A DNA stretch of 41,546 nucleotides from Pelomyxa schiedti (GCA_020536535.1 JAHLWZ010000935.1:1-41546); one strand, 5' to 3'; positions 12,189-24,665 are shown, counted from the stretch's first letter. Numbers and translations are program-made. Notes: a model not told the origin generated them from the letters alone.

Positions 12189-13658
12189 CTACAAGAAGAA
12201 GGAGAACGTGTTCACCAGCTCCAGGTAAATGTAGGGAACGCAGATCTTGCACAACTCAATCCCAGAGGGAGCTTCATTTACAATTATGCTGTCACGCCTC
12301 ACGTGAAGTAAAAGCCCGGCCTCACCCCACACGCAGTTGCAACAGCCAACGTGGTCAACTGTCATCAACGCACTTGTGGGAGTGTTGCAGTCCCAGATTT
12401 CGAACGAGTATGGGTGAGACACGCAATACAACCTGTCACTCAGTCCGGAGATGACGACCTCGTAGTTGCACGTTGAGCAATAATGGGATGAATTGACCAC
12501 TGATGACGACGACTCTGGCAGCTGGAGCACAATGTTCTCGTTGTGGAATTTTACCAAAACTATGAATGTGCGCTGGTGCGATTCTGTCCGCAGAGTAACC
12601 AGCGACGAAAACTCGTAAAGCTGGTATTTCGCGCCAGACTTGACAAATCTTCCTGATGATGGGAGGTAGCACTTGGTGCAAGTGATCGGCTTCAGCGAAT
12701 TAGAAGACCACGTGTGCAGCAGGTTTAAAACAGTCAACTCAATGCAATTCACCTCGTTCCTGGAAGCAATAACTGCCTCATCATCATGCCAGTGAATGAA
12801 GAAGAATTCACATCTGCCAAACTGACCCGGCGCTGAAATTACCCGGCTTATGGGAGGTGGTATCCCGTCATTTTCCTCTGGGTCAGTAGTACATAGGTTC
12901 GCGATAATGGCCTCCCCCTTCGAGTATTTGTAGATAACAAGCCACTTGTGATTCACCTGATAGGAAGGTAATCCAAGAATCCTTCTTCCCTCCCACAGCA
13001 ATGCCCGATTCTTGGAATTTCTCCACCAGTCAACATTCACTTCACTTCCGGCGCGATCGCCGCACTCGTGTGGCTCCACTGGCTTCCTATCTCTTTGGTA
13101 GAACGCTTTCCCACAAAGGAATCTCTCGACCAGGTGAGCGCGGTTTATAGCAATCACCTCGCTAGCTTCGCACTTCTTCCACAGGCTCGTGAGCTTCCCC
13201 ATCACTCCCAGGGTCGCCATCGACACCCCAAACGTGATCAATGTTTCCTCGTAGTGGCAAGGCGGCACTGACATCACACTCACACAGAACAGCCTCACGC
13301 GGCGCCCGCCGCCGTTCCCATAATCGCCGTTGTCACCGTCGCCATCACCAGTGTCGTTCACCCAGTCCCACACCAGCCTCAGGGCCAGGCGAAAATTTTC
13401 ACTTGGCAGCCAGCCACACCTCGGGTGCGAAATCAAGCACAGAGCCGCGAATTGCAACTGCAAATCCAGAGTCGGTATCACTTTCTCCTCGGTTTCCTCA
13501 GGGTGGTAGCACCGCGCGTGGGGCGACAGAACGGCGCGCTCGTGCTTCGTCCGCTTCTTCCTCCTCCCATAATTGGCGTTGGCGCTCGGCGGCCGCTTCG
13601 CCCCCGCCTCGGTCGTCATTTTGGCCCCTGCGCCGGTGGCGTCCTTGTCGTACTCCAT
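12189..13658 (-). CDS. Intronless lineage-specific hypothetical protein (489 aa)
   Basis: Uninterrupted ORF from an ATG at 13658 preceded by an A-run. It has a basic NLS-like N-terminus (RRKKRTK), the motif LQFAALCLISHPRCG, and a beta-rich C-terminus (VNHKWLV, FEIWDCN). This resembles a Pelomyxa expanded family as I recall it. Confidence 0.75.
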   Translation of the reverse strand: MEYDKDATGAGAKMTTEAGAKRPPSANANYGRRKKRTKHERAVLSPHARCYHPEETEEKVIPTLDLQLQFAALCLISHPRCGWLPSENFRLALRLVWDWVNDTGDGDGDNGDYGNGGGRRVRLFCVSVMSVPPCHYEETLITFGVSMATLGVMGKLTSLWKKCEASEVIAINRAHLVERFLCGKAFYQRDRKPVEPHECGDRAGSEVNVDWWRNSKNRALLWEGRRILGLPSYQVNHKWLVIYKYSKGEAIIANLCTTDPEENDGIPPPISRVISAPGQFGRCEFFFIHWHDDEAVIASRNEVNCIELTVLNLLHTWSSNSLKPITCTKCYLPSSGRFVKSGAKYQLYEFSSLVTLRTESHQRTFIVLVKFHNENIVLQLPESSSSVVNSSHYCSTCNYEVVISGLSDRLYCVSHPYSFEIWDCNTPTSALMTVDHVGCCNCVWGEAGLLLHVRRDSIIVNEAPSGIELCKICVPYIYLELVNTFSFFL

Positions 13659-13814
13659 TTTTTTAACACAGTGCTGTAGTGACACATTTCCCCTTCTTTT
13701 TTTTTTTTTGTGTTGTCCAAGCGGCTCTTTTTTTTTTTTTGTGTCTCATCAGATTTGGAAGTGCACTGTGAGGGTTCTGTACAATTGAGAGGTTCTATCT
13801 ATCAGGTCACCATG

Positions 13815-15006
13815 TCACTCATTGTCGTCATCATCATCATCAGAGCTGGGCTCCTCCTGGAACTTGGCCCATTTGCTTGTTGGTGGCAGGCTAGGTACTC
13901 TGGTGGTGCTGTGTGGCTTTGTGACTGTTGGCGCACTTGCGGCATTTGTTGTGCTGGGTTCCCATTGGTTTGGTGTTTGTGCAGTGGTGGGATATGCTGT
14001 TGGGGATATGGGCTTCTTGCCCGCATTGTTTGTATTTGAAGACGCAGTTGAATGTGCCTTGAAACTTGAATTTGTAGCTGTATTTGGATTTGCTTTTGTG
14101 CTGGTGGTGTGAGTGGGGGCCTGGGGCCTTTTGAGCGGGAGAAGCGATGTTGGTGCTTGTTGTGGCTTTTTGGTTGAACTCCTTGTTGGTGGTTCTGCTT
14201 GGGCAGGTGGTGGGTTTTCTTCTTGTTTTTCTTCCGCGGAATGTTCTTCTCTTCCTCGTTTATTTGCATCTCCGCGGACTCTTCTTTTCTTCGGAGTTGG
14301 TGACTGCAACGGAGCAGCAACAGGGCAAAGGCAGTCGCCGTCATCACTGTCAGATGATTCCTTCGAAAGGGTGAGATTACAAATATATCAGTGATTGAAG
14401 GAAGTAATGGAGGCCACTATTTAAGTGATTTGGCGCCATTTTGTGATGTGATCAGTCATACTGGGTCCTCCATGAATTGTGCCCACTTTGACACTCCAGT
14501 TGTGACAATGGGTGCCGCCACAGGTTCAGACTGGGTGGTTCTGCCATCCCTGTCGTCTACTACTGGCGTCTTTGTATGAGCGTCTTCATCCTCCTCATTG
14601 TAGTTGTCATCATTCAGTGCTGCTGTACTTCCACTCAAACTATTCTGTGGGGGTGGTGATGGGTCCCTGGGTCTGTCTTGGTTCCCCATTTGCCTATTAA
14701 GAGACATAACTTGTTCACGGATATCTTTCGCGACATTGGATACGCCCAGCACCTACATAGCACTTAGATTTGGAAAAAAGACCAACCAGCCCATTGTATT
14801 CCTGTTCCATTTTATAAGTTAAATACAAGTCACAGAACCCAAGTGAGGGAATATGCAGTAGATAAAAGGGAAAATACCCTGACGATTGATTGCTTTGTGT
14901 TGCACGTACGACAGGCCCACTTGTTGGTCTTGGTTCGTTGCTGAGCCTGATGCATCCCACAATTGCAACATTTCACGCACAAGTACTCAATCAGTCGGCA
15001 CGACAT
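13815..15006 (-). CDS. MRNIP: MRN complex-interacting protein-like (UPF0544)
   Basis: Exons 15006-14878, 14752-14462, 14360-13815 (~321 aa). The N-terminus MSCRLIEYLCVKCCNCGMHQAQQRTKTNKWACRTCNTKQSIVRVLGVSNVAKDIREQVMSLN matches the MRNIP CxxC..KWxCxxC..KQS zinc ribbon. The low-complexity tail has SKWAQF and SKWAKF. Confidence 0.85.
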
Positions 15007-15589
15007 CCTGCCCGCGGTTTATTGGAAATCAGGTACAAGCCATAATACTCTCGTGAAAAAGGAATCCCGGCCAGAAAAGGAGGACGGCAACTAAGCTTCT
15101 TTGGGTCCTCCGAAGTCTATGGACAACTCAGTCAGAGCGTCATCTTCTTGTTCCCCCTGTTGGTCCCCCACCAGGGGGCACAATGAGGCTCCGGCTGATT
15201 CTTTTTCGTGAGAAAAGGGCGTGGTGGAAGCAGGTGCTCCGACTGGGGCAGCCGGGCCGTGATGGCAGTGAAAAGTTATTTGTTGTGTATGTGTGGGGTG
15301 GCATTGACCATACGGAATGACGAGGTGTGGCACTGAGCCTGGAGGGTTCTGGGTTGGGGGTTGAGGTTCTGCAGGAAGTATCGAAGATACAAGGGGGAAG
15401 AGCAGCAACGGGCACTGGCTCGTTTGTTTACTGAAACGCCACATGCCAACGCCACCCAAGAGAAGAATAAAAATAATTATCATTGTTCTGAAACCCAGCA
15501 GCTATGACTTGGTACTCTTTGTATGTAAAAGCTGGACGCTGTGCTGAATACATGTGGTGTGTTGTGTGCATTTCCCAGTGTTTTTCTGG

Positions 15590-17730
15590 TTAGTGACCGT
15601 CAAGTGCGGAAAAGTCATATAAACGGGACGGAGGACCAGGACAAATGCGCCTAACACACCAACCTTTGTGTTCAAGCCAATCACGAACACTGGAGGCATG
15701 TGATGTAAGGGTGTAAACGGCCACATTCCCTCCTGTTAGTCAGAGGTTAATATTGGTATAGATGTTGGGGTTTTTTTGGGGGGGTAAGTATCTACCCATT
15801 CCTGCAGCAGCAACTCTCATGGCGGCTATATTAGGGAAGTCAGCGGAAAGCTGTGAGGCAGCCTCGTCAATGTCAGGGATGCTTCTTTGGAAGGCACCAA
15901 CTTGATAGGCAAGGTTGGCTCCAGAAGCTGAATTTGGGTTGAGGGTGCAGTACAGTAATTATAGTATTGTATTTAAAAACGTTACTTAGCCACTGTTTCA
16001 AAACTGTGTCAGTGGGCTTTACATCCACCCTTGGTGAGGTTGCCCAGGGTGTTGGTGCGAAGGATTTTCTGTAGTCTATCAGTGCACGGTCTCCATCATG
16101 AGATAATGATACAAGATGCAAAACTTCAGGGAGGTTGTTGTGCTCCAGGGCTGAGAGGTATTGCAACCCTCTGAAGCACTTTATTTGCAGTCGGTATCAT
16201 AAAGAATTACCTCTCAATTTCTGAGAGACCATACAGTGCAATTTGTCGGAAGGTAATTTGTTCCTTTCAATTTAGGTTTTCAACAATGAAAAACAAAGAC
16301 AAAAAACCTCGGGGATGAGCTGGAGTAGGGAGTAAATTGTGCTAAACATTTGTGAGCGAGCTTCGCCACTTTGCACGTATTGCTGCCTGTCATCTTGCAA
16401 TAATGAGCATAACAGAGGCCTAGATAAAATAAGTGTCTCGAAAAGGAAAGAGAATGAGTCGACTTCTCATGGCGGCGCAAAGCAGTGAGGATAACCTCAA
16501 CTTGAGTCTGTGACAAACCGACTTTGGCAGTTTGATCTATGTTACTCAGTCCAGAAACAATCATCTCAGTGGCAGGGACATAGGATAATTGCATGGTCTT
16601 CAGGTGTTGGAAGGTTTTGAAGAGGTACTGGAAGATCATTTGTATATACCCGTTTTGCCCACTCCTGTATTAACGTCGCTGTTTCTCTCGGAATGCACAT
16701 GTGCTGGCATAGCCATGGCAACGCTTCTGAGGTTGAAAGCCGTGGGATCTTGAGTTGATAAGTTCAATGAGGGGACAAATGGACACACATTTGTATTAGC
16801 CATGAATACAGTTAAACTATTTGGTAGTGCCACTGTTCTCAAAAATTCTTCAGGGAAGGATCCAATTACAGCAACTTGCCCTTCTTGTGCAAATAACTGA
16901 GCTGCTTTATCTGCAGCCCCTGCTTTTTTCCCAAGGTAGTACTCACCAAAGTCGACCTACAAAAAGATGAATTACTTTTACAACTTTCTAGAGTCACCTC
17001 AAATGTGATTGTACCTGGGATAGCTGTTGCAATGTCAAACCCAAGTCAAGTAATGCATTGATGCCCACTGAAAGTGCAGTAGTGAGTGCAGAGGACGATG
17101 CCATCCCAACACACCAATGCAAAGCTAACGAACCACTGGAGCTAAAAAAGGCATTGATTCCTTTTCCTCCCTCAGCACAACGCTGACCAAGAGACGGGCA
17201 ACTCACATTGAGCAGATATGCCAATGCAGCTTTGCAGTAACTGTGCCAGTCATCAGGATTCCAGAAAACCCTGCCAGGCTCAGGCCTACCAACCATCAAC
17301 TATGTGATGTTAGTATGGTACAAAAAACTAAAAAGAATTCACCTCTTGTATGCCAACAGAGCCTGAAGGGAAAGATGCAGAGGAGTTGTAAAAGTGGAAC
17401 AAACCGTCCTGAGAGCACTGTACCACAGCCACAATGCACTCCTGAGTGGCAGCATTGATAGTGAATCCTCCCAAACCAGGGAAGTCAGTGTGTCCCTTGT
17501 TTAATTAGCATTGGAGTTAATTACCATTATTAGAACTAACAACTAAAAGCACAACGAACCATGAAAATTCTGTCCCTCCCAGGAGCCACAACCACAACAA
17601 CAGGCTCGTCAGGCACAAAGACGTCCAGAGGCACTCCCATAATGGCGTCGCACACGGCTGACAAAACACTGGATCCGTGCTCGTGAGTGTGCTTCTGCGT
17701 GGCCTCTTGCCACTGGCGCAACGACCTCAT
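15590..17730 (-). CDS. Divergent GHMP-family sugar kinase (galactokinase-like), multi-exon
   Basis: Spliced motifs in the expected order: VVAPGRDRIFM|GHTDFPGLGGFTINAA (cf. APGRVNLIGEHTDY), GMASSSAL (ATP-binding loop), GEYYLGKKAGAADK (cf. GxMDQ), MRVAAAGMGGNV (cf. ARxxGAGxGG), and C-terminal PGPPSRL. Stop at 15590-15592. Confidence 0.85.
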
Positions 17731-17850
17731 CGGTCTGGTTCTGCGAATTTGAATTTTTGATTTTTTTTTCAACTCGAGGGTTTTGTGGTATCAAACTCAA
17801 CCGAGGAGTCGCTCCCATCATCGGAAGGCGGCCCCCTGTCTTCGTCATCC

Positions 17851-19501
17851 CTACCACCGCTGCCCAGTTGGTCCCATCAATTGCGTCAAGTACTCGTCCA
17901 GTTGAGCGGCCCAGCGATCCACTTCAGCATCCACTTGCACAGAGTCGCCCAGGGACTTCTTTATTATGGGAGGAGGGCTTTCTGTTTGAGTGGAATTTGA
18001 AGTGGCACTGTGATGTTCCAATAGGCATCCAAAGTCATCTGAGTGGGATTAGAAGGACTTGTGGTAATGGAACGAACTTGTGTTGTTTGCAGGCTCTACT
18101 TCTCCGTGTTGGGCAACGTTCTTCGGCATTTGGCTGAAAACCTCACTTTCCCTACCTGAGATAGAAAGTCTTAAGGACTGCTCATCATGTGATTCTGGAA
18201 GAACTGTGGCAACCAAACGTAGCCCTGCAATAAATCTGTGGTGTTAGAGCCAGTGATTTTTTGGGGGATTTCATCAACTTCTTGCAGGGATCGTGACAAT
18301 TTCAATTCTGGGCCCCTTATTTGGCATTGATTCACGGGATTGCGTAATACCAACTGAAGTTAGACCCTGAGAAAAAGAGGGGGCACTCCCAGTTGGATTA
18401 TCAAACCATTTTGCCGGTAGTGTCAGAGGCTCTTCCGTTGCTTTCCTCCTCCTCTTTACAGTTGGAGACTTCTGAGAAATGTTTGAATGAGGCAACTTCA
18501 ACTGTTAATTGATTGAGAAGCAAACTACTGCCAGGCTATCCGTTGGACTCTCGCTGGGTACAAACTCATCCCTGAAGACACGAACTGGGGGAGGAAGTCC
18601 AGAAGCCGGTCTCCAAATAGTATACCATATTGTTATCATTCCCGACTTGCTGCAAATAGCTTCCATTAAAACACGGAATCTGGGAAAGGCTCAGAAGGCC
18701 AGGCACTTGGAGAGTAAATGTATACCCAAATCTACTTGCAGTTTGGCTGATGAACTGTGTTATTTCAGGTTCATTGCTATACTGCTGGCTTCTGCGGTTC
18801 ACTGTAATTCCTAGGACGGCCAAGTCTACATGTAGAGGAAACAATTTAGACAACTCAACTCAAACTAGCCGAGTGCAGCGAATAGGATAGGAAAGAAACC
18901 AGCCAAGATATTTTTCTCGAACAGTCCCACCACGTCGGTTGATGGTGCGGTGGAGTAACCTGAAGGCCTCTCAATATCAGTGGCATCTTTTGTGCCCTCA
19001 AACAGGCCCATGTAGTCGAGAAAAACCCCACATACAGACCTATTCCAGCACGGGGGGGATGTATGAACAACGCAGTACAGTGTCTGGTATTGATGTCAAA
19101 GCTAATTAAGCCCTTCTCACTCAGTAAATACATCACAGATAGCGGAATCGGCAATTCCAGTGGCTGATAGGCTTTTAGCATCAGACAGACAAGCTGAAAT
19201 AGCGATGATACGGCCGGAACCGATAGGCACTTGCTCTCTCACAGCTTGCGAACTTTGCGCCTTGGGACCATCAATTACTAGATAGTGTGGGTAGTAATCT
19301 GTGGGTGACACCGGTTTTCTTTGTCCAACCAGTGCTTGGTTGTGAGTTACGAAAAAAAATAACTCCCCTTTGGCCCACACTTCTCAATATCACATTAGAC
19401 TGCTGTTTGAACGACGTATTTTCGTTTTCGGCTGTGAACACGGGGGTGGCCTTGTGGTGTTTGTGGCAAATAGTGAAACATCCCCTCGCTTGTCTGTCCA
19501 T
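17851..19501 (-). CDS. Hypothetical protein, multi-exon
   Basis: ATG at 19501 follows an A-run. Successive minus-strand segments are separated by intron-like gaps and end ...EVDRWAAQLDEYLTQLMGPTGQRW*. No domain recognised, and the internal junctions are uncertain. Confidence 0.5.
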
Positions 19502-19830
19502 TTTTTTGGTGGTTTAAAAAAGGCAGGTAGTACGACGGTTCTTAGGGGAACCCGGGACGGGGTAGCTTATAAGAATTCGCAGTTGCAGAGTTTGCTTTGA
19601 CAAACAAATCAAACCTTCTAGAAACGCGACGATTCCGTGTCTGTATAAATGGGTTCAGGAGAAAATCCATTATTATAAAAATAATAATCTCTCAAAACAA
19701 CACGACCGGTGCGCTGACACACAACTTACACAATTTAAACACGAAAGTGACTGGGTACGTCCCTTTTTTTCTTCTTCGTTCAAATTAACGTGTTGAAGAA
19801 ATCGTCTACTCTTACGAATACGCACAAGCG

Positions 19831-21822
19831 ATGAGTACACAATACCCAAGGTTTTTTTCCTCTTCCTGTTGAATACTCAACGTTGTTTATTGACGTGGAC
19901 GATTCTACGAGTTCGTCAAGCCAGCAAATCAGCATTTACGCGCTCACTCACGGGGCTTTCATTGGGGTCCTGCAGAATTTTCGGATTGGGGGACTGGACA
20001 CAACGGCCGGCGGCAAGAGGCACCGCTAGACGGGCACACCCCCATCCCACTCGCTGGCACACGATGCCAAAGCAAGAACTAAAGAGACAAGTCTCACCCT
20101 TGCGAAGGTGGAATCAAGGTTTCAGCCCACAAAAAGGCGAGGGAATGCTTTGACATCTCCCGGACCTCAGATTGGATTCTGATCCCTTTTTCGCCTCTCA
20201 ACTGGTGACTTACTTTCTCTTTCTCTTGTTGCGTGAACTTGGGAGGACTGGTCACACCGTCGCGGCTTGCCTCTTCTCCGCTCTCGGCTCCGTTACACCC
20301 CCACCCTTTCTGGAGGTGATGTGGGATCCCAATGAATGTCTTCACACAACTCGATATTGTACAGAGGGTGTAGTTTCTTTTCTGTGTTGCTTTTTTTCAC
20401 TGCACTCCAGGTTTTTGTATGTGTCAATTTACTGGATAGTGTAAACTCAATGCATCAGCTGTAATTAGGTAACCACCATCCCACTGTCACAGGTTTCTTA
20501 CTCCACTATAGATCCACTAGAAGATCATTGTTGCGATCCTATGTAGAAAGTAGCAATCCTGCTCGCAGGGAAACGGAATCCAATCCTGCAATACGCTTTT
20601 ACCTAACAACACTTGGCTTGCGATGTAAGCTACCGTGTGGGCACTGCCCACAGTCGGACTAACCCCTAAGTAGGAAAGCCTACTTCCTCCCACATTGAGA
20701 AGTTCGCCAGACATCCACCGACTGCACCTCAGCCGATTTGCACATACATGCACCTGGAGAAGCGTGACTTGAACTTTCCACACTGAATTACACCTTCCAC
20801 GTGCAGGCTCATAAGTGTGAGCAACACACAACATTCACCTTTTTACCACAATCAAAAATAATAAAATCGCATCTATTACCTTATCCTTTATCGCCGATAC
20901 CCGATGTTCACCTCCGGAGAGCGACACGTCATAGCCGCTTAGAAAGAAATGTATTTAAAAAACGTCCAACAGGCCTTAGAATCAGTCCTAGGTGTCGCCT
21001 GAATCCCTCAGGGTCCCAGATTCGAGTAGTTTTCCCAGAAATCCCTCAGTGATTAGAACCGTACTTAGAACTAAAAGAGGGTTCCAAAAGGTAGGCGGCA
21101 GGGAAGTAGTGTCTGGAGATGACATAATTGCAGGCCTTACTCCTTTTGTGAGAAATTTGTAGAAGAACAAGCAAACCTAGATCAATCCTGTGACTTGATC
21201 GACATGGCTGCAATTTCAACAGTTTATTCGAGTTGTCCAAAGTCAAAGAATAGTGGAAGGAGACCCGCGCCTGCCCTTCGTTTGTTCCGTCTGTTTTATA
21301 CCATTTTGTGGGACATGCCACATGTTTGTCCATGCGAGATTACAATGCAGCGCCGTGAACCACTTTGTCGCCCACCACGCTGGAGGGTTCGACGCGAACA
21401 TAGTGCAGGTCAACATCCCAATCCATCAATGCCGGCTGCTAACCCCTTGGCACCACACACAGGTGTGCGCGGAGAGGGAGACATCATTGCAACGCAGTGG
21501 GTGGTGGTGCCCCATGTGCCGTCGCGTGCAATGTTACAGGCAGACAAACGAGAAGGTTCTGTGCGGCTCGCGTGTACGCAAGGACGTGCTGGTCGATGGA
21601 TGTGGCTACAAGTTCCGCCTGTCCTCCGCTGAAAAGTACACGGCCTCCACCGCCTGCGACACGGGCCTGCCCATCGCCAGTTGTTCGAGGTGCAACAAAA
21701 GTCTCCAGGGGACCACGTCTCACGAGTGCCTTCATTGCACACCGCCGTTCGTGGTTTGTAGCGACTGCTTCCCACAAATCACCCAAGGGCACCTGGGGCA
21801 CACCTTCTGCAAGAGAATCTAG
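19831..21822 (+). pseudogene. Disrupted RBR-type (IBR + RING2-like) E3 ligase with ZZ-type zinc finger
   Basis: The 3' ORF has an IBR-like segment (CSVCFIPFCGTCHMFVHARLQC), a RING2-like segment (CPMCRR..CG..GCGYKF) and a ZZ-like segment (CSRC..CLHC..VCSDC..HLGHTF). There is an in-frame TGA at 21050-21052 and a frameshift at 21243 within SCPK[C]QRIVEGD. The 5' exons are only partly resolvable. Confidence 0.6.
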
Positions 21823-21899
21823 GAAAAAAAAAACTCTTCTGTTGAAAAAAAAAACCGAAAATTTTTACTGCCTGCGGCTCCTCCACCAAAGAGCAGACC

Positions 21900-24523
21900 T
21901 TAGAGGGGTATCTTTTTGGACATTTCTTTAATGTTGGAGAGAATTGTGGTCTCCACTTTGTTTCCTTGGCCAGAAACTATGTGCAGTACATCATCCATCA
22001 AGTGACTGTTGCCCATGATATCAACGTGGTCACCTGTGTCTTTGCCACCACGCAGACTGAGTGTTGCTGGTAAGTGCTTGTCTATTTTCTTATTAGAAAG
22101 CAGTAAGGGAGAGACTAGCAGCAGTGATCATACATTCTTTTGTGACTGTTTGTACTCCACCAGGATTTAGTTTTGGGTTGTTGGGCCATGCTTCCACACA
22201 CATGTACCTGATTTGAGAGAAGTTACATTTTCGTTCAAGGAATAAAGCACACCCCAAACTGATCAGCGGGACAGTTCCATCTCCATCGGTGCTTTGAACA
22301 CCAGCGGAAATATCTGCTTTGGGTAAATTCACTCCTCTGCAAAACAATTAGAGCAGGGTGGGGGAAATGCAGGAGATTACAAATTAAGTGAGGTGCGCTC
22401 AGTGCCTCTCCCTGGGGTATAGTGATATCTGTTATCAAATTGAGTTTTCTTCACAAAGTAAGTTTGACCCACGCTCTTTCAGTCCCTTTGCCTACTCCAT
22501 AGAGACAGTATATGGTCAAATTGTTTGCATTGGGAAGAGGTGACTCCAAAGGATTTGACCACCTTTATCTCAGTATGAGGACCCAACTCCCAAGGATCAG
22601 AAAAAAATTACTTATGTGGGTCGTCCTCGGCAGTGACACTTGCACCATAGGAATACCTGCGGTTTGGGGTATTTGAATTATTTCTCCTACTAAAAACTAA
22701 CCTTGAGGTTATATGGTGCAGTACAGGATCAGTATCTATCCACTTGATCAAGTCATCCATTAGAAGATAACTACCTTGCAATATCTGAGTCCGGAAAAAC
22801 GGGGAAGAAAATTTACCATTATGATCGTATCTGATAATTTTGCCAAGTGTGGAATTTAAGATAACAGCTGGATCATCAGCAGATAACTTTTCATTTCCCC
22901 AAATGGTGTTTCCTCCCTATTCAAGTTTAACCTTGTATACTTGAAATGCAAGACATTTGTGTCTCTTTGAAATGCATACTCTGGGTAGAAGGCTACCTAA
23001 ACTGCCCCAACTCCTAAATAGCTGCATTCGTTGCTGCTTTGAAAAAAATTTATCGAACATAACAGTTAAAGGTCCAAGTATGCGTGTAGCTTCGCTCATC
23101 TCACCAGACAATATTGGTGGAATAACCTACTCCAATGAACAAAACTGTTGTTGATCTGGTTAACAATACCTTAGGGCTTCCAAGCCATGGTGGACCAATT
23201 GCCACTACAGACTGCACGTGGTCATTCACCCAGGTAGGTCCTCCCCCTGACCAAATTTATGATCTTTTCAACAAGGGGATACTTACTCCCGCCAAGAGGG
23301 CTCTCAACCCACTTCAAGAAGTGCAGAAGAATATTTGCACCCATGCTGTGAGTGATCAATACGACTTTGTGATCTTCATTTGTGGATTGCAACATCTCCA
23401 CTTCACTTTTGAGTCGCGAAAATCCCTGGTCCATGTTGAATATTATTTCCTTTAAAAAAAAGTTACATGATCCCGCTTTTCAACATTCTCAAAGTGCAGG
23501 CGCCAGTCATAAGCAAACATGAACATGGTGTTGGTGTCATAGCCAACCTTCGTTGTTGAATGTAAATCAGCAGACATAGAGCCGAACATACAGTGGCCAA
23601 GTGCTCAATTAACGGAGCCCACACCCAGTAGCCCGGTACCACATAGTCGGATGCAGCCATACCTGTACTTGGTCTGAGTTTTATTCCTGGAGGGTCAATT
23701 TCCTCCCCTGAGGACGGGTCCAAAGTCATGTGCTCAGCCCAGCAGCTTGTCTATCATCAGTTGGTGGATGGAGGGTAAGTGTGTGAGGACAAACCTGCAG
23801 CACAAATTGATGCATCATGGATACAGTTCCCCACATTCTCTGTCTGAAAGTACTGGCAGCACAGGATTTACCCTGCCATAGTTCCAGCCCACTACAACAC
23901 AGACCAGGAATCATCACGACTGGGTGGTGGACATGATATCCCTACAATGTTGGGAATATTCATCAGTACTAAGCTAAGTACAGAAAAGCACAAACATCAG
24001 TTAATTTAGGCTGCACTCCTTTGGACGAATTGCCATTGGAGAGGCCAAGTAATTCCACAAGTGAGGATATGTTTCCAATCAAGCTGCTGTTACTCACATT
24101 AAGGCCTTTTTCCCGTCTCAGTGTCCAGCCCACAAAAAATCCCGCCACATTATACCAGGAGCAAGTTGAGTGATTAGGCGAAAGACCGAACTGTCAGTGG
24201 CGTTTCTATTGTTGCTGTCATCCATAGCCCATACACTGTAGCCAACACTCATTCCAACAACCACTCCCTGCAAGGAAATTTTAGAACTCGGCGTAACAAA
24301 AATGGCAGTCCACGCAAATAAGCGTTCGTCGTTCCATTGCCACTGAACACACTATAACGCAAGCTGTCACCAGCACGGCAACTGGAGGTCGTTTGTCAGG
24401 ATTCCGCGTGGTGTGTTGTAGTGTTTGTTTCTGGCGTGGCGTTCCTTTTTGTTGGTTCAAAACCGCAGCATTCGACGTGTCAGATCTCGCCTTCCCGTCA
24501 CCAACAGCACCCCTCTTGTGCAT
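21900..24523 (-). CDS. PDAT: Phospholipid:diacylglycerol acyltransferase (PDAT/LRO1, LCAT family)
   Basis: Motifs: HPVVMIPGLCCSGLELW, DPPGIKLRP, DYVVPGYWVWAPLIEHLA, AYDWRL, catalytic Ser in ITHSMG, NPLESPLP, IYCLYGVGKGTER, Asp in DGDGTVPLISLG, His in GDHVDIMGN. An N-terminal hydrophobic anchor is present. Many short introns. Confidence 0.93.
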
Positions 24524-24665
24524 GTTTTTTTTTCTTTATGTACCACGAGGGAACCAACCCGCTTTGACAGGTTATCCGCGAAACGATGTAATTAAATCTT
24601 GATTCGGAGTATTGCTTCGTGATGGATCGAACCGTTTTTGATCAGATAGCAGATAGCAGCAGAGC
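24524..24665. promoter_or_regulatory. Probable bidirectional promoter between PDAT and GNAT
   Basis: Only 142 bp separate the divergent start codons. Confidence 0.5.

Noticed and set aside
13802-14394. Overlapping ORFs 13802-14347 (-) and hydrophobic + strand ORFs
   Set aside because: They are alternative frames or antisense of the MRNIP low-complexity exon. Only the 13815 frame splices in phase.
15091-15483. 130-aa minus-strand ORF between the GHMP kinase and MRNIP
   Set aside because: No recognisable motif or convincing splice link. It could be UTR or a tiny gene, but I cannot support either.
21050-21052. In-frame TGA as selenocysteine or stop-codon reassignment
   Set aside because: The same gene also has a frameshift, TGA terminates other genes in the window (25734, 37173, 13815), and I identified no SECIS.
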